Assembly: GCF_001194135.2 (NCBI RefSeq)
Contig: NC_068981.1
Coordinates: forward strand, 113,201,383-113,263,428
Direction: 5' to 3'
From: Octopus bimaculoides
Taxonomy: Eukaryota
DNA length: 62,046 nucleotides
Part shown: in pieces, positions 1 to 10,479 of the stretch
Layout: each line of letters opens with the position of its first letter
Position numbering within the stretch: position 1 is the stretch's first letter
The notes under the pieces: model-generated
What the model was told of the DNA's origin: nothing
Databases searched by the model: none
The model's input: only the letters and a program-made list of their open reading frames with translations
Translations under genes and position numbers: made by a program

Positions 1-3000
1 CCAACTTTAAGTTTGAGAATGTGTGGGGGTAGTCCAGGGGGCTCAAAGGAATTTAGTACTTCTATTGGATAGTTGATGGCGTCCTCAGGGTCAGGAGTTG
101 TATCAATAGACTTATATATATAGCCATCCCCAGGAATGATTTTTAGCATTTGATCATTAATATGGTTAACAGATGTATTCTTCGGGGCCAGAATAGCCCT
201 TTGGCCAATCCAATCCATATTCTGATAATTTGCTTGGAGATCTGGGAAAACTGCATCAGTGAAATCAGAAGGCATATTAACAATGGTACAAAGTGAATCA
301 ATGGCAATATTACCCTTTTCATCGCAGGGAGTTTTGGCTTTGTCAAGTGCAAGGAGGGTGTGAGAAAATTCTGCTGATGCTACGTCACCTCGCTTATGAG
401 CCCGCATGTTAGTGTGAAGTTTGAGAGTCTTCACCAGAGGCCACAATGTGGATGACTTAAGACATGCACGTACTGTATCAGCTCTATCTCCTTGGGAATA
501 ACTAGCAGTGTTTGCCTGAAGTCCCCTGAAAGAAGTGTTATGCCTCCCATGGGAACTGTAGAGTCTTTGATGTCTCTCAGAGATCTATCTAGTGCCTCAA
601 GAGCACCTCTGTGAGCCATTGTACATTCATCCCAAACGATAAGCTTGCATCTTCTGAACACTTCTGCCTGATCGGAGCTGTTACTGATGCTGCAAATTGG
701 TGTGTCAGTTTTCACTAAGTCAAGTGGGAGCTTGAAAGTGGAGTGAGCTGTCCTGCCACCTGGCAACAAAGTAGCCGCAATTCCAGATGATGCCACAGCT
801 CAGGCAATGCCTTGTGTTCACCTAATCTCAGCCAATATTAATTTTGTGACAAAAGTTTTGCCAGTTCCCGCAGGAGCGTCAAGGAAGAAAATCTCCCCCA
901 GCTTTGTCCCGGACAGAATTAATAACAGAGTTGTAAGTGAACTTCTGATCTGGAAGGAGCTTTGGCTCATTGTTCGTTATGTACTGGGCAAGTTTGTCAA
1001 CATTATAACATGTCTCATGCAGCAAATCAGAAGACAGTGTGTTTGGGCGTTCCCGGTTTGTTGAAGGTAGGCCATACACTGCCAATGCACTCCCGCCCAT
1101 ATTGAGAACAGTATCTTCGATTTCAAGCAGCACTCTGTTGTAAATGAGGTCATTGTACTGGACGTTGATTGATGGATTTAGCAAGTGAGCTTGATGCAAG
1201 AAATCTTCAGACATGTAATTTTTGTAGGTCAACCATAAAGAGGCGGGATCACCCAAGTTGCACCATAGGAGTAGAATAGCGAAAAGCGATCTTAGGCTTT
1301 TAGAGGATTTTAACAAAACACCCTCCACCATAATAGCAGCCCATTGTGAATCATCCTCCAAAAGTCCACGCCTGAAGCAGGCTTTGCGGAAAGTGTCACA
1401 TAATACACCGTCAACAGTTCTTATGTCTTGAAAGCTTTGTGGGCCAAAAACGTCACGAAGGAGAAGGCGAAGGTTAAAACACTCATGCTGGTTGGGAGGT
1501 ACAGTGTACACTCTTCCTAGACAACTGTTACACTTGACATCGGGATGTCCTTGAACATCCTAACCTGACTTCCTACGCACCCAAGTGTTCTTTGACCACA
1601 CATGGTAGGACGAGACCTGAGGGTATAAAAGTGTTTTGGCAAATTTGTCAATTTGGCAAAGCCTAAAAAACCCAGTCAAAGTTGTTTCTTTTGGATTGGC
1701 CGCCAATTGAGCAGCAGTCTGTTCAGTAAAATAAGTCTGCTGGCCGTTTTCCAAATGAACTGCTAGTTGTATGATGGCGGGGTTCCTTTGGTGAAGCGGA
1801 AACCCGAATATCTGCCAAAAAGCTTCACCACTGCTGATATATCGACCTGCCAAGTAGTGCGACAATTCGTCCATGCTATTGTCCTTTTGAAGGCCGAATA
1901 TGGCAGCGTCTGAACCCTTGTTAATATATTTACATATGTACTTAATTGATTTTACTGAATGACAGAACTCCACATTTATATGAGCGTTGAAAAGTTTCAT
2001 CAGTAATGGACAGTATGGGATCACCCATCTATTATCAACTTGATGACCCCGTAAAGTTATAGTGAATCCCCCATTCTCAGGCCGCCTTCATCTGTACAGT
2101 GGATATCCATTGCCAGTGGTCTGGGTCTCATCCACGAACCTTTTTGGGTATCGTTTAGTGCACACATGGTCTTTGTGGCATGAGGAAAAGTTTTGAAAAC
2201 CGGGACCGCACGGACCATGCACCATGTGTGCCTTGACAATGTCGTACAGCTGTCGGTCAACAGTGGGGTTGGGGATTTCTGCTGTGATGATGTCATCTAT
2301 AAGTATAGGGTCTATTTTGGTGACCAACTAAACCAAAATGTGCGCATGTAGCAACCCTCACTTCTGCCACTTAACAGTATACATGTGGTACTGAACAGGC
2401 CCAAAAACCTACCCTTTTTTTGATCAAATTAATTAGCCTAGTCAGCTTCTGCTTGAAAACCCTGGCAATAAGATCATGCTGATGACAGTACTGCTGGTGT
2501 GGGAGAAGTTCCCACGTTACCTCAACCCATTTCAGGTTACATGTAAACGTGATGAATAAATCGGGGCGCTCATAGTGCCGAGTGAAAGTCATAGCATCTT
2601 GTGTTCGCTTGTGCCTGTACAGTGCCTCCGCCCCTGGATAGGTTGAGGGGAGAATGCATATTTTGCCGATGTTCCTTGGGTTAGCATCATTACTGATGCC
2701 ATCACGCAAATGGATGTAGGAGTCTGATCGCAGCTTCTTCTGATTCAATCTAATGAAGCACAGTCTCTCTGACTCCATCTTTGCAGCCATGTCAACTGCA
2801 AACTGGTGAAACAGTTCCCATGACCTGTGCAGGGTGCTAAAATCATTAGGCCTCGTCATGAAGCTTTACAAGTAGAAATCCATACATGAAACAGTTTTGG
2901 ATGTCGCAGCAGTGGGCTTGTTTGGTTTGCTTTGTTCCAACCGTTTGGAAGATCTGGAAGCAGCAGTAGCCGCAGCGTTTTTAGCCAGTCAATTGGCCGC

Positions 3001-3750
3001 TTGTTGCTGGCCCTCTGAAGCCCTGGAAGCAGCAGTAGCAGCAGCGTTTGTATCCAGGTGAGTCGCCGTTTTTTCCGGGCCCTCTGTAGCCCTGGAAGTA
3101 GCAGCATATGAAGCCATTTTGGCTAGGCGAGGGTGTGGTGTTGCAAACTTTCAGCAGCTTGGCATTTCGCTGAACATAAGGTGGCGTGTGAAAGTCTAGA
3201 AACAGTTTGCTCTGAGGACTCATTTGCTCTTTAGCACCAGTGCTGAGGCGGTATGGTGACTGAGGCGCCTTTTTTTTTTTTTTTTCGGTAGCATTTCATG
3301 TGCCGAAGATTTTATGAAAGTTACTTGTAGAGAGAAAGTGACTAGGAAAGTATGCGTGAAATTGAAGTGGGAAAGGGTGATAAGAAACGGACAATAAATA
3401 AATAGACAGGTGTTTGTATGTATGTGATTAAATGTGTTTTTCAAAAAACTCACAGTTTGAGTTTTCCTAGTGTTTCTGTTTCCTTTTTTGTTTAATATTT
3501 TGTTGGATCGTTCGTAAAGGTTCATAATAGAAAGTAGCAGTTAAAACGAAATTCAAGAAACTCACAGTTTGTATGGACAGTAAATGTGGACACCGTTTGT
3601 ATTGAATAAATGTTTGACTGCGAATGTTAAAGTTACATGGTATTAAGTAAATGTGTTTTAAAAAAGATTTTGAAGAAATTCACAGTTTGTATTGAATAAA
3701 TGTTTTAGTGTCAAAGTGAAAGTTACTTGTATTTACATAGGATTGGCAGT
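1..3750 (-). mobile_element. Decayed autonomous Helitron (Rep-PIF1 helicase), running off the left edge of the window
   Basis: Frameshifted minus-strand ORFs carry Rep motifs (PDLFITFTCN, HMVHGPCG, NAHINVEFCHSVKSIKYICKYINKGSD) and helicase motifs (IVWDECTM, LSGDFRQ). Subrepeated AT-rich leader at about 3300-3750. Confidence 0.9.
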
Positions 3751-3769
3751 ATATTTGTTTATTTTACTC

Positions 3770-4418
3770 TCAGTGTTTCTCAGTGTTGTACTTGTAGACC
3801 CAACTCTTGTCACTGGTGATGATCCTCAATATGAAAGATGGGTCAGCAGCAGCACACTGACAGAAATCTTGAAAGACTTTGATGCAATGTTCTTTCTGCT
3901 CAGTGGTCAGCAGGTGGGGTACAGACTTGACAGAGACATGCCACATGTTCAATTCAGACATTAGGATTGCCTGCACAGACCCATACGACAGACCAACAAC
4001 ATGAGCAATGTTGTTAATTGTCCTCCGACAATCCTCCATGCACAAACTGATGAATTTTCTCCACATTTCCAGGGGTGATGCTCATGGCAGGTCATCCAGA
4101 TCGTTCATCATTTTCCAGGGACGTTCTTCCAGTTTTGAAGCACTCTTCATGAGCTTGCCGAAACATGTTCAATCTCTCTGTAGCACACTTCCTAAGTTGG
4201 TTCTTTGTTCCAACTTCCTGTCCATGACAAAATAGCAGACTACAGCATACACGTGACCACGAAAACACAAATTTCACAACTTGTGAAGTAAACTCAGAAA
4301 TGTCACTCAGCACACTGCTTAATGAATGTCACTGCTAAGTCACTGAGCACACAACCGTGTGCTGCCATTTGTTGGCACACTACAGAACTTGTCCAGCAAC
4401 GTTTTGATACCACCTTGT
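3770..4418 (-). mobile_element. Mariner transposon 5' half (HTH through first catalytic D)
   Basis: ORFs ...LNMFRQAHEE...SLENDERSG and ...VPHLLTTEQKEH...IITSDKSWVYKY; TIR-like acaaggtggtatcaaaacgt on the minus strand ending about 4418. Confidence 0.8.
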
Positions 4419-5050
4419 TTATAAACTGACCCTCTTCAAACACAACTGGAACAGATCAAAGGGAAATAATAAATATCTTAGTTAAATGTTTGCTCCAGTT
4501 ATTATTGATGCAGCCAACAAAATATATCTTCATTGACCAGCTCATCCCTATAACAACATCAAAAGTAGAAAATTACATTTTTTTGAGAATTAGATACATT
4601 GGCATCAGATTTTACATATGTTTATAAGTCTATTTATCTCTATAGGTTTATATTTATATTTTGTCTGGGTCTTTATGGTTTTACATATGTCCAGTTATCT
4701 AATTTATATATTTTTTTGTACTTGTATGTATCTGTTTAAATATGTCTTAACATATATTTGTATGTATTTCTGTATCTCTGTAATAATTATATGTATGTTA
4801 ATTATGTACCTATGTGAGCACACATGTTTATCTAAATCTGCATATTTCTCACCCTCAAACCATATTGCATTCCAAAATAAACATACACTTCAAATTAATA
4901 ACTCAAAGGAAGCTATAAAATGTTACATAAGCAACTCTGAGTGCATTGCTTCTTATAGCAGAAACAGCTGTAAGCAAATGAAGTTGATTACATAATTCTT
5001 GTTCCCTCGTCATTCAATAGTTAATATATTTACACTATTCACTTTAACAG

Positions 5051-5408
5051 GACTGTGATGCAGCTGCACTAATGGCGAACCCTCTAATATTTAGTCATTT
5101 TGCTACTGGAATTGGTGAACCAAAATACATGCCTGTTTCTGACTGGTCTAGCTTACGAAAAATCTTGAATGATGCCCTGGCTAATTACAATGAATTGAAT
5201 GCTGCTATGAATCTGGTACTGTTTGAAGATGCCATGATACATGTCTGTCGAATCAATCGTATCCTTGAGATGCCACAGGGCAATGCTTTGCTTATTGGAG
5301 TTGGTGGTAGTGGAAAACAGAGCTTGTCAAAACTGGCTTCTTTCATCAGTAATTTAGAAGTGTTTCAGATCACTTTAAGAAAAGGCTACTCTCATGCAGA
5401 CCTAAAAG
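5051..5408 (+). CDS. DNAH9/DNAH17-like: Axonemal outer-arm dynein heavy chain (beta type), exon A: AAA3-AAA4 junction and AAA4 P-loop
   Basis: Acceptor tttaacag|5051 and donor AAAG|gtaact at 5408/5409 (phase 1). Translation [29 protein letters not shown]...[19 protein letters not shown]...[22 protein letters not shown]...FQITLRKGY is typical of dynein beta HC with the GVGGSGKQ P-loop. Confidence 0.95.
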
Positions 5409-5687
5409 GTAACTAATTTCATTCATTAATTTTATTATTCTTATTTTCATTCAACTTCATTGATTCTAAACTTATTTGGAAAAATGAAGGTTAACTTTGG
5501 TCATTTCATACTGTAGTTTCTATGCAGTAGCATTGTTTGTTATAGGTTTCCAACAAGCCAATTTATGAATCAGTACTTTTCTGACAATAAGACAGTAAGA
5601 GAGTGTCTATTCTGACAATAAGAGAGTGTCTAAAACAGTATATAAATATCTGATAGGACTTTATTAATAAAGCACTATTTTTACATT

Positions 5688-8600
5688 TTTATGAATTCTG
5701 CAAAATGCGAGCTTTCTTTTCAGGTACATGACGCTGCTGTTCCCCACCCCAGGGTCTCACGAGCCCATACCTCCCACATCCTCAGGGTTGGTACTTTCAA
5801 CGTTGGCACACTGAAAGGTAGGTCTGGTGAGATTGTTGAGATGCTTGAACAGAGATGTGTCGATATCTGCTGCCTCCAAGAAGTAAGGTGGAGAGGAGGT
5901 TCGGCTAGGTTCCTCATAGGCAAAGAACACAGGTACAAGATTTTCTAGGCAGGGAACACAGACGGGGTCGGGGGCGTGGGTATACTTCTTGTGGAGAAAT
6001 GGGTGGATAAGGTAATCGAGGTAGTCAGAGTATGCGATAGAATACTTAAGATTAGATTAGTCCTTCATCATGGGTTAGCAACCATTATCTCAACCTATGC
6101 CCCTCAGCTGGGGCTACCTGATGGACAGAAAGCCTGATTTTATGACACCCTCTTGCAGACTACCTCATTGAAGAATGACAGGGACTTTTTCTTTGTGGCT
6201 GGTGACTTCAATGGACATGTTGGACAACATGAAGGGGGCTTCCATGGCGTACATGGAGGCTATGGTTTTGGTTCCTGCAATGAGAAGGGAACCAGGCTGC
6301 TGGAGTTCTGTGATGCAAATGACCTTATGGTTTGCAATACTAACTTCAGGAAATCTGCCAGTCACCTCATCACCTATTGTTCTGAGAGACACACTAGCCA
6401 AATTGACTACATCCTTGCCAGGAAAAGGGAAAGATGGCTGCTTATAAATGCCAAAACATTCCCAGGCGAAGAATGTACCCCACAACATAGACTAGTAGTT
6501 AGTGACTTCAGGATCAGGGCTAAGTGGTTGCCCAGAAGATGACCAGCGTGGAGGAGAAGGGTCTGGAAGCTTAAAGATCCTGTGAATGGACAGAGATTTA
6601 GAGACTTATTACTTGAAGCTTTTGACGAAATAGAAGGGGAAGTAGCTTCACACGATGTAGAAGACAACTGGAGGTTTCTACGGGACAACCTGCTGAGGGC
6701 TACTGACCAGATCTGTGGATGGTGCGAAGTCCCCTCTTGACCCAAAATAACGTGGTGGTGGAACAATGTTGTTGACAGGGGTATTGGATAAAAGAAACAG
6801 GCTTGGAAGGACTGGAAGTACGGTGGTAGCAGGGTATTCTTTCAGACTGCCAGAAGGGAAGCTAGGCGACAGGTCTATTTAGCCAGAGGGGAAGCAGATA
6901 AGAAAAAAATTGCCAATGTTCTGCGCCATGAGGACCAAGGACTTGAGGTTTTTCTTGTTGCAAGACAGTGTGTGAGAGAGAATCGTGATGTCGTAGGAGA
7001 GAAATTTGTCCACATGGATGATGGTACACTTGCACTAAACGAGGCTGCAAAGAGAGTGGTTTGGAGACACCACTACGAAAGGTTGCTCAATAAAGAGAAT
7101 GAATGGGAGAAAGAGAGTCTGCCGTATGTCAAACCAACAGAGGGACCAGCTATCCGAGTTGACAGTAACATGGTGGATAAAGCAATTAAAAGTATGAAGA
7201 CAGGGAAAGCCCCCAGCCCTTCAGGAATCACTGCAGAAATGCTCAAAATATCTGGCCATGTTGGCTATAGTCTAGTCACCCGTATAGTTAACCAGGTGAT
7301 ACACGAAGGAGTCATACCCAATGACTGGTGTAGCAGCACCATAGTCAACTACTACAAAGGTAAAGGTGACACTTTAGATACAAATAATTACAGAGGTATC
7401 AAGCTACTGGATCAGGTAATGAAAGTCACGGAGAGGGTCATAGCCCAAGTAATTAGGGAGAGAGTCAATTTAGATGAGATGCAGTTTGGGTTCATTCCAG
7501 GAAAAAGTACCACTGATGCTATATTTCTGGTAAGACAGCTCCAGGAGAAATAACTAGCCAGGGATAAACCTCTGTACCTGGCTTTCGTTAACATGGAGAA
7601 AGCCCTTGACAGGGTCCCCCGATCCCTTATCTGGTGGTCAATGAGGAAACTAGAGATAGAAGAATGGTTAGTGAGAGCTGTGAAAGCCATGTACAGAGAC
7701 GCTGTCAGTAAGGTGAGAGTTGGCAATGAGTACAGTGAAGAATTCCACGTAGAGGTAGGGGTCCACCAAGGTTCTGTCCTCAGCCCCCTCCTATTTATCA
7801 TAGTCCTCCTGGCAGTAACACAGGAATTCAAGACAGGATGCTCCTGGGAGCTCCTCTATGCTGATGACCTTGCGCTAATTGCTGAGTCACTATCAGAACC
7901 AGATGAGAAGTTTCAGGTGTGGAAGCAAGGACTAAAATCGATGGACCTTAGAGTCAACCTAGCTAAAACCAAAGTCCTAATAAGTAGGAAGGTAGATAAA
8001 ACACAAATCCCTTCAGGTAGATGGCCCTGCTCGATCTGTAGAAAAGGCGTAGGTAGAAACTCTATAAGATGTACCCAGTGTAAGCTATGGATCATAAGAG
8101 GTGCAGCAATATCAAAGGAAGGTTAACTAGGAAGTTAGTTTTTGTATGTGGCAGATGTTCAGGTGCAAGAAACACTGAAAATGGGCAGAAAACAACTTCT
8201 GCCACATTCCAGGGAGAAAAACTAGATGTAGTTGATAGCTTCTGTTNNNNNNNNNNNNNNNNNNNNNNNNNNNNNNNNNNNNNNNNNNNNNNNNNNNNNN
8301 NNNNNNNNNNNNNNNNNNNNNNNNNNNNNNNNNNNNNNNNNNNNNNNNNNNNNNNNNNNNNNNNNNNNNNNNNNNNNNNNNNNNNNNNNNNNNNNNNNNN
8401 NNNNNNNNNNNNNNNNNNNNNNNNNNNNNNNNNNNNNNNNNNNNNNNNNNNNNNNNNNNNNNNNNNNNNNNNNNNNNNNNNNNNNNNNNNNNNNNNNNNN
8501 NNNNNNNNNNNNNNNNNNNNNNNNNNNNNNNNNNNNNNNNNNNNNNNNNNNNNNNNNNNNNNNNNNNNNNNNNNNNNNNNNNNNNNNNNNNNNNNNNNNN

Positions 8601-9660
8601 NNNNNNNNNNNNNNNNNNNNNNNNNNNNNNNNNNNNNNNNNNNNNNNNNNNNNNNNNNNNNNNNNNNNNNNNNNNNNNNNNNNNNNNNNNNNNNNNNNNN
8701 NNNNNNNNNNNNNNNNNNNNNNNNNNNNNNNNNNNNNNNNNNNNNNNNNNNNNNNNNNNNNNNNNNNNNNNNNNNNNNNNNNNNNNNNNNNNNNNNNNNN
8801 NNNNNNNNNNNNNNNNNNNNNNNNNNNNNNNNNNNNNNNAGTTGTGGTGTGCAAGAGAGACGATTGCACTGGTATGATCATGTGGCAAGAATGGATGAGG
8901 ATAGCTGTGTGAAAAAGTGCCACACCCTAGTGGTTGAGGAAACCTGTGGAAGAGGCAGGCCCAAGAAGACCTGGGATGAGGTGGTGAAGCACAACCTTCG
9001 AACATTAGGCCTCACCGAGGTAATGACTTGTGACTGAGACCTTTGGAAATATGCTGTGTGTGAAAAGACCCAGCAAGCCAAGTGAGACCATAATCCAAGG
9101 CCTCTGCCAGGGATGTAGCCATCCCACTTATGCATACCTTTCCTTCATTGGACACTAAACTCGGCTTGCGAAGACCTGTTGGTGCAAGGGAAATCGAAAT
9201 CGTGATGGCACCTGTACCAGTGGAGCACTTAGAGCACCGTCCAAGCATGATCATTGCCAGAGCAGCTGTCTGGCTTCCGTGCCAGTGGCACGTAAATGGC
9301 ACCATTTGAGCGTGATCATTACCAGCGTTGCCCTACTGACACTTGTGCTGGTGGCACATGAAAAAACATTCGAGTGAGGTTGTTGCCAGTGCTGCTGGAC
9401 TGCTCCCGTGCAGGTGGCATGTAAAATACACCATTTTGAGTGTGGCCATTGCCAGTACTGTGTGACTGGCCCTCATGCCGCTGGCACATAAAAGCACCCA
9501 CTACACTCTCGGAGTGGTTGGCGTTAGGAAGGGCATCCAGCTGTAGAGACTCTGCCAAATCAGATTGGAGCCTGGTGTAGCCATCTGATTCGCCAGTCCT
9601 CAGTCAAATCGTCCAACCCATGCTATCATGGAAGGCGGAAGTTAAACAATGATGATGATA
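5688..9660 (+). mobile_element. RTE-clade LINE copy 1, near full length (APE + RT + 3' UTR), inactivated, contains a gap at 8247-8839
   Basis: APE motifs (GTFNVGTL, CLQEVRW, AGDFNGHVG, SQIDYIL); RT motifs (NYRGIKLL, QFGFIPG, GVHQGSVLSP, LLYADDL); (GAT)n tail. Confidence 0.93.
8247..8839. other. Assembly gap. Other gaps: 16782-16814, 24929-25546, 26640-27008, 34180-34899, 39637-39736, 40224-40453, 41797-42348
   Basis: Runs of N; all lie within or next to repeats. Confidence 0.99.
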
Positions 9661-9759
9661 GTCTGTATTCCGGTATACATCAGCAAAAGCGAAAAACACA
9701 TACCAGCATACATACATTCAGATATATATATATGTTTGTATGTGTATATGCATTTATTA

Positions 9760-9990
9760 TCATCATTATCATCATTATTGTTTAACATCTGGTTTCCATG
9801 CTGGCATGGGCCATGACTACAATTTCCCTCAGTTCAACAGGTCTTCACAAGCTCGGTATATTGTCCGACAATTGAAGGGTATTTTTAAATGGGTTAGTTA
9901 TGTTACACTGGCATAGGCCACAATTGCAATCTCACTTGGCTTGCTGGATCTTCTCAAGCACAGCATATCGCCAAAGGTCTTGGTCACACA
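9760..9990 (-). mobile_element. Degraded RTE 3'-end fragment
   Basis: Reverse complement matches the end of RTE copy 1 (gacctttgg..atatgctgtg..gagaaga.ccagcaagccaagtgaga); (CAT)n tail on the left. Confidence 0.6.
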
Positions 9991-10479
9991 CACACACACA
10001 CATACATATATATGTATATATATATATATATATATATAATCATCATCATTTGATGTCCAGCTTCCATTTTTAACATGCAATGTTTGACGAGCCAGAGGAT
10101 TGTGTCATACACCAGTGACTATTTTGACATAGTTTCTAATGCCAACCACTTTACAGAGTACAAAGTGCTTTTTTTCTTGGTACTAGTACTACTGATGATC
10201 ACCTTGTAACTTACAAGGCTAAAGCCCTAAATTATATTCTATAATTCAGGGAGAACAGAAGAGAGAGTAGGTAATGATTGTAAACAAAGAGATGAGGGGT
10301 GATAAGCAGAGAAGATGAAGAGTATTACAGGAAATAAGAAAGAGAGAAGGGGATTAGTGACCAGGTTGAGAAAAAGGGAGGGTGACAATTGTAAAGGTGA
10401 TATGTGTCTGTTTATATACACAGGGTGAGTCACAAAAATGTATGGAATTTTGAATTTTTAAATTCTTTTATTTAAATGT

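Noticed and set aside
431-796. PIF1/RecD-like helicase as a host or horizontally acquired gene
   Set aside because: It is frameshifted and colinear with Helitron Rep motifs, so it is part of a decayed Helitron.
8247-8839. Gap of 593 N where RTE copy 3 predicts 320 nt, suggesting a hidden insertion
   Set aside because: The gap at 24929-25546 is 618 N where copy 1 predicts 774 nt, so gap sizes are imprecise estimates in both directions.
8087-9037. Long ORFs containing X (also near 24.8-25.9, 26.1-27.2, 34.0-35.0, 40.0-40.9 and 41.6-42.4 kb)
   Set aside because: Their length comes from reading through N gaps.
10420-10475. tacacagggtgagtcacaaaaatg as a mariner/pogo TIR
   Set aside because: No partner TIR or transposase nearby; too short to call as an element.
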